Under the pieces are notes generated by a model that was given only the letters and a program-made list of their open reading frames with translations, did no database searches and had not been told where the DNA came from. From NCBI GenBank assembly GCA_963770835.1, contig CAVYRH010000011.1:224001-288000 (forward strand): 64,000 nucleotides of DNA, in the 5' to 3' direction. The DNA is from an uncultured Pseudomonadota bacterium. GTDB taxonomy: Bacteria; Oederibacteriota; Muellerivitia; Muellerivitales; Muellerivitaceae. This document shows, one piece after another, positions 9,000 to 20,051 of this stretch. Numbering within the stretch: the first letter of the stretch is position 1; every line of letters starts with the position of its first letter. The translations under genes were made by a program, and so were the position numbers.

Positions 9000-9266
9000 C
9001 TATCGTGGATTGGCCTTCACATGCTTGATCGCCTTTGAGAGTTCCACCACAATGTCCGTTTTAAATTGCTGTTTCAACTCATCTACTCGGGTATAAAGAT
9101 GGCCTTTTTCTGTTACTACATACCGTGGTGGCAAATGGTTCAAAGCATAAGCCATAATATCCAATTTTTCTTTTTCACTAAGTTTCAATGATACGTACAG
9201 CGGGTCCAACAATAACTCTTCGAGGGTGTGTCTCACCGCCTCTTCCATGAAATTTTCAAGGTGCAT
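9000..9266 (-). CDS. comFB: ComFB family protein (late competence development / cyclic-dinucleotide receptor family)
   Basis: LENFMEEAV..DIMAYALNHLPPRYVVT..AIKHVKANPR is the ComFB signature. Confidence 0.85.
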   Translation of the reverse strand: MHLENFMEEAVRHTLEELLLDPLYVSLKLSEKEKLDIMAYALNHLPPRYVVTEKGHLYTRVDELKQQFKTDIVVELSKAIKHVKANPR

Positions 9267-9276
9267 TCGACTCGCC

Positions 9277-9900
9277 TCAAAGATAAAGCTGTTGGTTGTG
9301 AATAAATTGTTCCACTGGTTCCGGCACCAAGTATTTTATGCTTTTCCACTCCTTAACACGGCGGCGAACATCGGTAGCACTTATTTCAAGCATAGCCGTT
9401 TCTTCAACCGATATTCTTTCAAGCCATTGGGAAGCTAAAAAATGATTTTGCGACGACAAAAACTGCTGGTTTAATATTTTTTTCATGTCGTAGCCCGGTC
9501 GTGAAACAGCAATAAAATGGCAAATTTCAAGCAATTCGGCGATGTTTTTCCATGAGGCTATTTCTATCAACATATCGGCCCCAATTATAAAATAAAGCTC
9601 AACTTTACCCTCGAAAACACGGTGGAAATGTTTGACAGTGTCAATCGTATAAGATTTGCCGCCACGGTCGACTTCATAGGTGGAAACTTCAAAACAGGGA
9701 TTACTGACAGTCGCAAGATAGGTCATAATCGATCTTTTTTTGGCATCCACCAAATCTATCGGTTCTTTGTGAGGAGGCAAGCTGGTTGGGATAAAGATGA
9801 TTTTGTCTAGGTTGTGCTTTGATCGGACTTCCTCGGCAATAGCCAAGTGTCCGTAATGAATGGGATTAAAAGTTCCTCCAAACAACCCAACGGATTTCAT
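9277..9900 (-). CDS. nadD: Nicotinate-nucleotide adenylyltransferase
   Basis: GLFGGTFNPIHYGHL, PPHK, SYTIDT, FIIGAD, ISATDVR motifs. Confidence 0.97.
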   Translation of the reverse strand: MKSVGLFGGTFNPIHYGHLAIAEEVRSKHNLDKIIFIPTSLPPHKEPIDLVDAKKRSIMTYLATVSNPCFEVSTYEVDRGGKSYTIDTVKHFHRVFEGKVELYFIIGADMLIEIASWKNIAELLEICHFIAVSRPGYDMKKILNQQFLSSQNHFLASQWLERISVEETAMLEISATDVRRRVKEWKSIKYLVPEPVEQFIHNQQLYL

Positions 9901-11657
9901 TAATGTCCGGACTCGTCGGGATCTTTGAGCAGGAAATTGATCATATCTCCAGTTAAAACCTCTGTATCACTTTTTTCAGAACTATCGGAGGAAGCAAAAG
10001 AAGCTGCCGATGGAATTGTAGTAGTTCCTACTTCTTTTTTCCGAATATCGGACTGGTTTTTAACTTCTCTTTCATCCTTTGGAGCAGTAGAAATCACCCT
10101 TCCTTTTGCAACTTGAACTAGTTTATCCAGTTCATCCTTACTCAACCCACTCGTCGCCGATACTTTCATTTGTTGCATTTGACCAGTGGCTACATTTTTT
10201 GCCGTCACATGCACGATACCGTTTGAGTCAATAGCAAAGGTTACTTCGACCTGAACAGTGCCGGCTGGCGCCGGAGGCAACCCTACGAACGAAAAAAAAC
10301 CCAATGTCTTATTGTTGTTAGACGCTTTGGATTCTCCTTGCAAAACCTTTACATTGACTGATGTTTGCATGTCCTTGACCGTCGAATAAAGCTTGCTCAT
10401 TTTGGTAGGAACAGTTGTATTGCGGGGAATAATAACGCTAAAAGTTCCTCCTAAGGTTTCAACGCCGAGCGACAAAGGTGTCACATCAAGTAAAAGGGCG
10501 TTGCGGACGTTCCCATTGATAATCCCAGCCTGTATGGAGGCTCCCATGGCCACCGCTTCGTCCGGATTCACCCTGGTGTTAGGCTCCCTATTAAAAAACC
10601 GGCGAACGGTATCACGTACCTTTGGCATACGGGTCATGCCACCTACCAATATTACGTCGTTAAGGTCCGTGGGAGTCAGGTTGGCGTCACGAAGGGCCTT
10701 TTTGCAGGGTTCTAGCGTCCTTTCGACCAGCGAAGCGACGAGCGTTTCGTAATCCATACGAGACAAATTGTAAGAAAGATTAAGCGGTGTTCCCTCTTTT
10801 TTGGTGATGAAGGGAAGATTAATATCAACATTGGGCGCAGAAGATAAATCACATTTCGCTTTTTCAGACGCTTCACGCAATCGTTGCAAAGCAACAGGTT
10901 CCTGCCTCAAGTCAACTCCCTGTTCCGCGCGGAACTTTTCAAGCACCCATTGCATAATAGTTTGATCGAAGTCATCCCCGCCCAAATGAGTATCGCCACA
11001 GGTCGCTAACACCCTGTAAAGGCCGTTTAAAAGCTCCAGAATTGTGACATCTAGCGTACCGCCCCCCAAATCATAAACAGCGATTTTTTGGTTTTTCTTT
11101 GTATCAAAATCGTAAGCCAAGGCTGCGGCAGTTGGTTCATTAATAATCCTTAAAACTTCAAATCCCGCTATTTTCCCTGCGTCCTTAGTGGCTTGCCGTT
11201 GCGAATCGTTGAAATAGGCTGGAACGGTGACTACCGCGTTTGTCACTGTTTCGCCCAAACGAGCTTCCACATCCTGTTTTATTTTTTGGAGGATTATGGC
11301 CGAAATTTCCTCAGGAGATTTAAGCTGATCATCCAGATGGACGCGGATATCACCGTTTTCGGCCCCTTCGATGGCATAGGGTACGAGGCTCTTATCCTTT
11401 TGGACGTCCTCGTCCGTAATTTTACGGCCAATAAATCGCTTTATAGAAGCAACCGTGCCACTGGGATTCGTAACAGCCTGGTGTTTCGCATCCAAACCGA
11501 CCAACCAGTTTTTCTGCGATGTAAATGCCACCACGGATGGGGTCGTAGAATATCCATCAGAGTTTGGGATGACTTGTGGCTCGCCTCCATTTAAGTAGGC
11601 AACGCAGGAATTAGTCGTCCCTAAATCGATTCCAACGGCTAAACTTTTATCCGCCAT
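9900..11657 (-). CDS. dnaK: Hsp70/DnaK paralog with truncated or absent C-terminal lid
   Basis: GIDLGTTNS, TVPAYFND, INEPTAAA, DLGGGT, LGGDDFD and LLLDVTPLSLG motifs. C-terminus diverges after GLSKDELDKLV. Confidence 0.9.
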   Translation of the reverse strand: MADKSLAVGIDLGTTNSCVAYLNGGEPQVIPNSDGYSTTPSVVAFTSQKNWLVGLDAKHQAVTNPSGTVASIKRFIGRKITDEDVQKDKSLVPYAIEGAENGDIRVHLDDQLKSPEEISAIILQKIKQDVEARLGETVTNAVVTVPAYFNDSQRQATKDAGKIAGFEVLRIINEPTAAALAYDFDTKKNQKIAVYDLGGGTLDVTILELLNGLYRVLATCGDTHLGGDDFDQTIMQWVLEKFRAEQGVDLRQEPVALQRLREASEKAKCDLSSAPNVDINLPFITKKEGTPLNLSYNLSRMDYETLVASLVERTLEPCKKALRDANLTPTDLNDVILVGGMTRMPKVRDTVRRFFNREPNTRVNPDEAVAMGASIQAGIINGNVRNALLLDVTPLSLGVETLGGTFSVIIPRNTTVPTKMSKLYSTVKDMQTSVNVKVLQGESKASNNNKTLGFFSFVGLPPAPAGTVQVEVTFAIDSNGIVHVTAKNVATGQMQQMKVSATSGLSKDELDKLVQVAKGRVISTAPKDEREVKNQSDIRKKEVGTTTIPSAASFASSDSSEKSDTEVLTGDMINFLLKDPDESGH

Positions 11658-11672
11658 TCAATCCTCGATCAG

Positions 11673-12239
11673 TCAAACTTTCTTACCATAGACAAAACCC
11701 ATGGCTGTACTAAGGGTTTTTTTAGCTTCATAATCCGCCGGGTTGTACTTAATAGTCCTTTCAAAACAAGATACCGAATCCTTAAAGTTACCCTGGTAAC
11801 CATATAAAATCCCTAGATTAAAATGGGCATTTACAAATCCCGGAATCAGCTTGGTACAGGTAACCCATTCATGTTGGGCTTGGTTCCAATTGTCTTTGTC
11901 CTCAAAGAAGACAACACCCTTTTGAAAATGTTCCTCTGCCTCAACTTCTTCCTTGGATTTCATCATTTTTAAAAGGCCCCTCTTAACGCCGAATAATTCG
12001 CCTGTCTCTTTTCGGATATCATTCTTTACCTGAAAATTGTAGAGTTCCCTTTTTTGTGGGTCACTCAACACGTTGTAAGCTTCGACGATTTCCATGGTCT
12101 GTTCAATAGCCCAATCCTGCCGAGTTGGATTGCGATCTGGATGATACTCAAAAATTAATTGCTTATAGGTTTCTTGTAACTGATTCATCTCAATCGGTGG
12201 ATATAATTTGAAAATTTCATAATAATTTTTTTTTGGCAT
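11673..12239 (-). CDS. J-domain (HPD) plus TPR co-chaperone
   Basis: NYYEIF..EYHPDRNP..AYNVLSDPQKRELY J-domain followed by TPR (AHFNLGILYGYQGNFKDSVSCFERTIKYNP). ATG at 12239 preferred over TTG at 12323. Confidence 0.85.
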   Translation of the reverse strand: MPKKNYYEIFKLYPPIEMNQLQETYKQLIFEYHPDRNPTRQDWAIEQTMEIVEAYNVLSDPQKRELYNFQVKNDIRKETGELFGVKRGLLKMMKSKEEVEAEEHFQKGVVFFEDKDNWNQAQHEWVTCTKLIPGFVNAHFNLGILYGYQGNFKDSVSCFERTIKYNPADYEAKKTLSTAMGFVYGKKV

Positions 12240-12355
12240 TGGTTTTGACCTTGTCCCACTGACCGGCCTACGGTGACTGTTGAATTTGTCAACATCGTTG
12301 CATTTTAACAGTTTTGATTCCAAATAAAACTGGTAATAACAATACTATAAAAAGC

Positions 12356-13501
12356 CTAAAGCGGGTCTGCGGTTTTCACCATATTATCCCGATGTACTAC
12401 CTCTTCGGCTAAACCTGTGCCCAATTTTTGAAACACTTCAATTGTTTTGAGCCCCTTTATAAGATCAACATCCTTGGAGGAATAATTAGAAATCCCTTTG
12501 GCAATCTCCCGACCGTCTAAAGCCAAAATTCGAACAATGTCCCCTCTACTCCATGCGCCCTGAACCGCGCGGATTCCGCTGGGAAGCAGGCTTTTATTTC
12601 TATCGGTCAAGGCTCTTTCGGCTCCTTCGTCGACCACCAATTCCCCCTTGGGCCTGACGCTCCATGCCAGCCAACGCTTTCGGCTGGTCATTTTGGAGGC
12701 GGAAGGATGAAAAAAAGTCCCGACATTTTCCGAGTCCAATATACGATTCAAAACCAATCTGTTTGCACCATTTGCAATCACCATTGGCAGACCGGAGCGC
12801 ATCATGTTCTTAGCTGCTTGGATTTTAGTAAGCATTCCGCCCGTTCCCACCTTGGAAACCGACTTGCCCGCTCCCCGTTCCAACAAATCGTTCCATCGAT
12901 AAACATCGGATATAAGTGTTGCCTTAGGATTCAAACTTGGATCTTCATTGAAGAACCCATCTTTATCCGTCAAAAGGACAAGTAAGTCCGCTTCGCACAA
13001 ATGAGAAACCAAGACCCCGAGTGTGTCATTGTCGCCAAACCGAATTTCTTCAATCGCCACGGTATCATTTTCATTAACGACCGGAACAATTCCATGTCGG
13101 AAAAGCTCCATGAATGTATTGTGAGCGTTCGAATACCGCACCCGGTCCGACAAATCCTCACGCGTTAGGAGAATCTGTGCCACCTTCATTCCAAAACGTT
13201 GAAAAGTCGTCCCATAAGCCTGCATCAATCGGCTCTGTCCTACGGCGGCTAAAGCCTGGAGTTGTGCCATCTCTTTAGGGCGCTTACGAAAACCCAATTC
13301 AAACTGACCCGCCGCAATGGCTCCAGAGGTTACGATGACGCTCTGGATTCCACGTATTTGTAAAGCATGGACCTGCTTGGCGAGACTGGTCAAAAACCGA
13401 ATTTTTATTTTTTTGCTCGTAAAGTCGGTTAAAAGGCTGCTTCCCGCCTTGACCACGATTCGTTTGACCGTCGAAAGATGGTTTTTCCGCTCAGACATCA
13501 C
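12356..13501 (-). CDS. proB: Glutamate 5-kinase with PUA domain
   Basis: RIVVKAGSSLL, VNENDTV, FGDNDTL, GTGGMLTK, SLLPSGI, EVVHRDN. Confidence 0.97.
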   Translation of the reverse strand: MMSERKNHLSTVKRIVVKAGSSLLTDFTSKKIKIRFLTSLAKQVHALQIRGIQSVIVTSGAIAAGQFELGFRKRPKEMAQLQALAAVGQSRLMQAYGTTFQRFGMKVAQILLTREDLSDRVRYSNAHNTFMELFRHGIVPVVNENDTVAIEEIRFGDNDTLGVLVSHLCEADLLVLLTDKDGFFNEDPSLNPKATLISDVYRWNDLLERGAGKSVSKVGTGGMLTKIQAAKNMMRSGLPMVIANGANRLVLNRILDSENVGTFFHPSASKMTSRKRWLAWSVRPKGELVVDEGAERALTDRNKSLLPSGIRAVQGAWSRGDIVRILALDGREIAKGISNYSSKDVDLIKGLKTIEVFQKLGTGLAEEVVHRDNMVKTADPL

Positions 13502-14793
13502 AATACTTCCCCCAAGTTTTCGGACTCAAAAACCAATTCCTGTTCATCACAAAATATGGTATCGCCTTCCCGGACACCCATTTTTTTTAGCTCTTTAACA
13601 ATGCCCATTCTCTGAAGAATTTTTTGGAACCGCTCCAGCGAGTCTCGGCTGCCGAAGTTAGTCATCGCTACCCATTTATTAATCTCTCGACCCGTAACGT
13701 GAAAAACACCGCTTTCTTTTCGGATTTTAAACCGGGTTTTCGCCTGGTAAACCGTTTCCGGGGTTGGTTTTAAAACCTTGGACTCTTCGGTCTTTTTTCT
13801 CAATAGCTTCCAAGTTTCTTCCAATAACTCTTTCAGTCCTTCTCCCGTTACAGCCGATACCGACAGAACATTCACATTTTTTTTTCTTAGTTTTATCATC
13901 CACCCCAGGTAGTCCTTCTTAGAAACTGCATCTACTTTTGTCATTAATAAAATCTCCGGTATTGTTGAAAACCGCACACTGTGTTGTTTTAATTCACGAT
14001 GGATTGTCCGAATTTTTTTTTCCAATTCCGAATATTTTTGAAGGGTTGCAATATCCACCAAGTGTAACAAAACCTTCGTCCTCTCCAAGTGTCGCAAAAA
14101 CTTCGTCCCGAGGCCTTTACCATGGCTAGCACCTTCGATCAAACCAGGCACATCGGCTAAAACGAAACTGCGGCCTTCCGAGAGATTCACTACACCCAAC
14201 TGGGGCTCTAAGGTCGTAAATGGATAATCGGCGATTTTCGGATGTGCGTGAGTAACCCGTGATAGCAGTGTGGACTTGCCGGCATTGGGAAACCCTACAA
14301 CGCCAACATCCGCCAAAAGTTTAAGTTCCAACCGAAGTATTTTTGCTTCGCCTGGCTCCCCCTTTTCGGCCAACCGGGGTGCCTGTTGAGTTGAAGTAGC
14401 AAAAGTGGTGTTCCCACGGCCACCTCGGCCACCTTTTGCGATCAGAAATTGCATTCGATCCTGATTCATGTCGACAATCAGGCTTCCGTCTTCATTCCAT
14501 ACCAGTGTCCCTACAGGAACCCGTATTGTGACGGGTTCGGCATGTCTCCCATGTTTGTTCTTGCCTTTTCCATGTTCACCATGACGAGCTTGATAAATCG
14601 GACGATAAATAAAATCAATCAATGTACCGACATCTGTACGGGCCTCTATAAACACGTCGCCACCCCGGCCGCCGTTGCCGCCATCGGGACCACCTCGTGG
14701 GACATATTTTTCCCGACGAAAGCTGATGCATCCATTGCCACCTGTGCCGGCCTCAACTGTGATGGTTACTTCATCAATAATCATTGTCACCAT
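13498..14793 (-). CDS. obgE: GTPase ObgE/CgtA with C-terminal OCT (DUF1967-like) domain
   Basis: SFRREKYVPRGGPDGG, GFPNAGKST, IADYPFTTL, DVPGLIEGA. C-terminal MGIVKELKKMGVREGDTI. Confidence 0.97.
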   Translation of the reverse strand: MVTMIIDEVTITVEAGTGGNGCISFRREKYVPRGGPDGGNGGRGGDVFIEARTDVGTLIDFIYRPIYQARHGEHGKGKNKHGRHAEPVTIRVPVGTLVWNEDGSLIVDMNQDRMQFLIAKGGRGGRGNTTFATSTQQAPRLAEKGEPGEAKILRLELKLLADVGVVGFPNAGKSTLLSRVTHAHPKIADYPFTTLEPQLGVVNLSEGRSFVLADVPGLIEGASHGKGLGTKFLRHLERTKVLLHLVDIATLQKYSELEKKIRTIHRELKQHSVRFSTIPEILLMTKVDAVSKKDYLGWMIKLRKKNVNVLSVSAVTGEGLKELLEETWKLLRKKTEESKVLKPTPETVYQAKTRFKIRKESGVFHVTGREINKWVAMTNFGSRDSLERFQKILQRMGIVKELKKMGVREGDTIFCDEQELVFESENLGEVL

Positions 14794-14821
14794 TTTCCTA
14801 TGGCAAAACTTGCCTTAAAAC

Positions 14822-14853
14822 AAAAAAACCCCGCCCAAGGGCGGGGTTTTTTT
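14822..14853 (-). terminator. Intrinsic terminator after rpmA
   Basis: AAAAAAACCCCGCCC-aa-GGGCGGGGTTTTTTT inverted repeat with T-runs on both strands. Confidence 0.9.
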
Positions 14854-14873
14854 CCACAATTATTAATCTGAAC

Positions 14874-15134
14874 TCAAGCCTGCTTTGGCTCGACGCTCAC
14901 CATCTTCAAACCCTTTTTAAATTCGCGAAATGTCACCAATCCCGAAACTTTGGCAAAAAGAGTATCGTCTTTACCAACACCCACGTTTTGCCCGGGTTTG
15001 TACCTTAAACCCCGTTGACGGATTAAGATACTCCCTGCACTTACAAAGTTACCGCCAAAAGCCTTGATCCCTAACCGCTGGCTGTGACTATCTCGCCCGT
15101 TAGTAGTGGATCCACCAGCTTTATGCTGACCCAT
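14874..15134 (-). CDS. rpmA: 50S ribosomal protein L27
   Basis: [38 protein letters not shown]. Confidence 0.97.
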   Translation of the reverse strand: MGQHKAGGSTTNGRDSHSQRLGIKAFGGNFVSAGSILIRQRGLRYKPGQNVGVGKDDTLFAKVSGLVTFREFKKGLKMVSVEPKQA

Positions 15135-15160
15135 GACTGCACTCCTTAAAAATATAAATT

Positions 15161-15475
15161 TTAGGCTGTAAGAATTTTTTCAATCGATATGGTGGTGTAT
15201 TTAGGCCGGGATCCCTTTGTCCGCATTGTGTTTTTACGGCGACGATAACGAAAAACCCTTATTTTCTTGCCTTGGGTTGCTCCGATGATTTTCCCCGTGA
15301 CCTTGATGCTTTTGACCTCACTTTTTTTAATCCGCAGTTGCCCATTGTTTTCCAACAAAACAATGTTTTCGAATTCGACGGGGTCGCCGGGGTTTCCCTT
15401 GAGCCGGTTTACCGTAATCACGTCTCCTTCAGAAACCCGGTATTGTTTACCGCCGGTTTGAATAACAGCGTACAT
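15161..15475 (-). CDS. rplU: 50S ribosomal protein L21
   Basis: [27 protein letters not shown]. Confidence 0.97.
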   Translation of the reverse strand: MYAVIQTGGKQYRVSEGDVITVNRLKGNPGDPVEFENIVLLENNGQLRIKKSEVKSIKVTGKIIGATQGKKIRVFRYRRRKNTMRTKGSRPKYTTISIEKILTA

Positions 15476-15525
15476 GAATTCCTCCTAAGAATGAGGGCGG
15501 ACACAAGGCGCCCAAAGAAGGTAAG

Positions 15526-15554
15526 AGTTTATTGAGTGGCCCAGTGGTTGTCAA
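15526..15554 (-). promoter_or_regulatory. Sigma70-type promoter for the rplU operon
   Basis: TTGACA-N17-TAAACT on the minus strand. Confidence 0.75.
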
Positions 15555-15581
15555 GCTTTTGTAACCATCTCTTGCAGAAAC

Positions 15582-16508
15582 CTAGTACCAGAAAAGAAGG
15601 CCAAACAGATGGGAACTGGCGATAAAGTTGGAGCTGACCTGTGCCGGACGCCAGGCATATCCAATTTCATACTGTAGTTTGCCAATATTATAACGGAGTG
15701 CCGCTCCCGCCGAAAAACCCCCTTCCAGATTTTCCGAATCACTGAACCGGTATCCGGCGCGGATCGCCAAAACACTTCGATGCCAATATTCAAGACCTAC
15801 CGAAGCCTGACTTCCTTCGTCAAGAACATTAAAAACTTCCGCAGCAGCTAAGAGGGTTGAACTAGGTGAAACGATAAGAGGACGCGCCACACCTAAGCGA
15901 AAAGTCAGGGGCAGTGGATCCGAAGCCTGGGAATTCGGTTGAAATTGAACGTTGGGGCCCACATTTTGAGCCACCGCGGCGAAATCCGTATCCCAAAGTT
16001 GAATTTTAAATCCAAGGTCAATCGCATTGGTGAAAGCTTGTTTTTCACCCAGAGTCGAAACAATAGTTTTAAAAGCGCCACCCACCGCTATTTTCCCAAA
16101 CTGTTGGCCGTCTGCAAACGTCACTACAAAATCACTTGCCGAAACCGTTGGATCGGTGGCCAACGTATTCTGGATATCAGGCATGTGCCGGAAAATAATT
16201 TGAGCGCCCAAATTCCCATAATTTTTAGTAGGAATAGCCACACTCAGGGATTCAACTTGAACATCCGCGAAGCCTTGAATGTGATCGATACCTAAACTGT
16301 AAGTGGAGATTCGAGCTAATCCAGCTGGGTTGTAGCCGATAACGTAAACATCATCTCCTAATGCCGAGTATGTGCCTCCCAAAGCGGCCGGTCTTACTCC
16401 GATAGGAACCTTTAGAATGTCAGCACCGGTGGTTCCCGTATCTTGGGCCCACAGACCACCGGGGAAAGAAAAAGTCACAACCACTAAAATAAAATAAATA
16501 CTCTTCAT
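15582..16508 (-). CDS. PorV/PorQ-like outer-membrane beta-barrel (stand-alone)
   Basis: Signal peptide (GLWA|Q). LKVPIGVRPAALGGTYSALGDD..YNPAGL motif. PLTFRLGVA. Aromatic C-terminus (LLFWY). Confidence 0.8.
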   Translation of the reverse strand: MKSIYFILVVVTFSFPGGLWAQDTGTTGADILKVPIGVRPAALGGTYSALGDDVYVIGYNPAGLARISTYSLGIDHIQGFADVQVESLSVAIPTKNYGNLGAQIIFRHMPDIQNTLATDPTVSASDFVVTFADGQQFGKIAVGGAFKTIVSTLGEKQAFTNAIDLGFKIQLWDTDFAAVAQNVGPNVQFQPNSQASDPLPLTFRLGVARPLIVSPSSTLLAAAEVFNVLDEGSQASVGLEYWHRSVLAIRAGYRFSDSENLEGGFSAGAALRYNIGKLQYEIGYAWRPAQVSSNFIASSHLFGLLFWY

Positions 16509-16514
16509 TCAAGC

Positions 16515-16544
16515 AAACTAACACGATGGATGCAAAGGGGTCAA
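16515..16544 (-). promoter_or_regulatory. Sigma70-type promoter, probably giving a leaderless mRNA for the 15582-16508 barrel
   Basis: TTGACC-N18-TAGTTT with extended TGn. The -10 element ends 6 nt before the ATG and there is no Shine-Dalgarno. Confidence 0.55.
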
Positions 16545-16555
16545 GAAAACCCTCA

Positions 16556-18171
<1,616 letters not shown>

Positions 18172-18243
18172 CTATAAAACCACTGAAGTCGGAATAAATT
18201 TCAAAATCCCGTAAAATTAATCTTTGGAAGATCCATATTAATA

Positions 18244-20034
18244 TTAATTATGACTGAGTTTTTCAATGGATTGGAGTTTGACATAAGCTTTGTTAATGTT
18301 GCTCTGAGCGTTAATATTGCCAGGGTCTTCCTTCAAGACTTCTTTCCATTTTCCAATGGCTTCATTAATTTTTCCATTAATATAGAGGTTTACTCCATCG
18401 TAATAGAGCGCCTTAACTTTCTCTGCGTCCACCTTTTCTTGGGATTGCTGTCCTGTCATGCGCTTAACATAATCATTTGCCGTATCATCGTTTGACTTAA
18501 GCCGCAACACTTCCTGGAATTTCTCTTCGGCCTTTTCCTTGTTGCCGCTTTCATACAGGGAAATACCATCAGCATCCAGAGTTTTTACTTTTACACTGAT
18601 GTCTTTCTGGATCTTAAAAAAGGCCGTTCCAATCTTTTCATTGTCAGGAGCCAGGTCTTTGGCGAGGGAAATATATTTTTGGGCGTTTTTTAAATCACTT
18701 TTGGAATATGACTTAAGGGCTTTTGCATAAACTGCATCCAATTCGGTTGTTTGTTTAGACAGCAGCTTTTTAAGCCGGCCTTTCACTAGGGAATTGCGAG
18801 GATCTATTTCTTTCGCCTTGTTGTAATTGACCAACGCGTCGGAATAATCCTGTCCCTGATAATACTGATCCCCTTCCGAGATCAAAGCCTTGATGCGAGA
18901 AGTTCGGTTGACATTCAAAGCCTTTATGGCTTTTTGCACTTTTTCGTTGTTGGGGTCCATTGTTAACGCCAGGTTCCATTCATTAAGGGCCTGAAGCGTG
19001 TTGCCTTTTTTAAGGTCGGCTTTGCCTGCCACATAGTGCTTATCCACTTCAACACCTAATTTCGCTTGAGCGTCACCAATAAAACCTTGGGCTTGTTTAT
19101 TGTTGGAGTCCAACTTCAAGATATTGTTAGCCTCAGAAATGGCATCGGTGTATTGGCTGTTCAACATATAGTTACTGGCCTTTTCGAGATGAGTGTTGAC
19201 AGCGGCTTCATTAGCCTGGGCCTGGGCAACAGCAGCATTGGAATCCTTGGGGTTGACCTTGGATGCGTTTTCGAAAGCCTCTGCCGCTTCGTCAAAAGAA
19301 GCGTTGTCAAGATAGGCTACCCCTAAGTCATAGTAAGTCTCATCGAGGGAATCTGTGTCTTGATCTTTAGGAGCCAAAGAAGTTTCGAGTTTGATTGATT
19401 TATTATAGTTCTCAATCGCGTTGTTAAAATCACCAAGGTTGTAATAGGAAAAACCCAGGAACTTATAAATTCGGGGGTCTTCCCGAAGCTTCACCGCGCG
19501 TGTCCAGTTTTCAACAGCTTTTTTATAATCTTTTTGTTGGAAATAAATCACGCCTAAATTTTGGAGAGCCGAAAAGTTCTTCGGGTCTTCTTGAACAATT
19601 TCATTTAATACCGCCACTGCCTCCGTGTACTTTTTTTCGTCCATGAAAACCTTGGCTTGGCATTGAATTAATAAATGCTTGGCATTGGGATCATTCGGAT
19701 TAATTTTAAGTGTGTTTTGAAAATGGCTGATAGCCGATGCATAGTCACCTTTGGAGCGAGCAACGATGCCTTGGCAAAGCTCAAGATATCCTTTGGCATC
19801 GGCATCTTTGGAATCTAATTGTAAACATCTCGCAAATTCGGGGATGGCTTGGTCAAACTTCTGGTCGTTTAAGTAAGAAATTCCAAGGTTATAGTGGGCT
19901 TTTTCATTGTTAGGGTCGGCCTTAATGGCCTGTTGATAAATAGCTTCGTTGCTTGAATCCTGTCCTAGGGTAAGCAAGGGGAAAAAAAAGAAGACGGACA
20001 AAAGGAAAGTAATAAATTGAGCCGTTTTTTTCAT
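18244..20034 (-). CDS. Exported multi-TPR protein
   Basis: Signal peptide, then many TPR units (AHYNLGISY, ALQNLGVIYF, YYDLGVAY, ALNEWNLALTMDPNN). Confidence 0.88.
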   Translation of the reverse strand: MKKTAQFITFLLSVFFFFPLLTLGQDSSNEAIYQQAIKADPNNEKAHYNLGISYLNDQKFDQAIPEFARCLQLDSKDADAKGYLELCQGIVARSKGDYASAISHFQNTLKINPNDPNAKHLLIQCQAKVFMDEKKYTEAVAVLNEIVQEDPKNFSALQNLGVIYFQQKDYKKAVENWTRAVKLREDPRIYKFLGFSYYNLGDFNNAIENYNKSIKLETSLAPKDQDTDSLDETYYDLGVAYLDNASFDEAAEAFENASKVNPKDSNAAVAQAQANEAAVNTHLEKASNYMLNSQYTDAISEANNILKLDSNNKQAQGFIGDAQAKLGVEVDKHYVAGKADLKKGNTLQALNEWNLALTMDPNNEKVQKAIKALNVNRTSRIKALISEGDQYYQGQDYSDALVNYNKAKEIDPRNSLVKGRLKKLLSKQTTELDAVYAKALKSYSKSDLKNAQKYISLAKDLAPDNEKIGTAFFKIQKDISVKVKTLDADGISLYESGNKEKAEEKFQEVLRLKSNDDTANDYVKRMTGQQSQEKVDAEKVKALYYDGVNLYINGKINEAIGKWKEVLKEDPGNINAQSNINKAYVKLQSIEKLSHN

Positions 20035-20051
20035 TGTTCCCTCTGGTTTAA

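Noticed and set aside
12240..12355. CIRCE or heat-shock regulatory element before the J-TPR/dnaK pair
   Set aside because: No TTAGCACTC-N9-GAGTGCTAA. Only a weak CAGTTTT..AAAACTG hairpin.
15485..15520. L21 leader RNA
   Set aside because: Only a short GGGCG/CGCCC hairpin in a ~45-nt UTR, too little to assign a family by eye.
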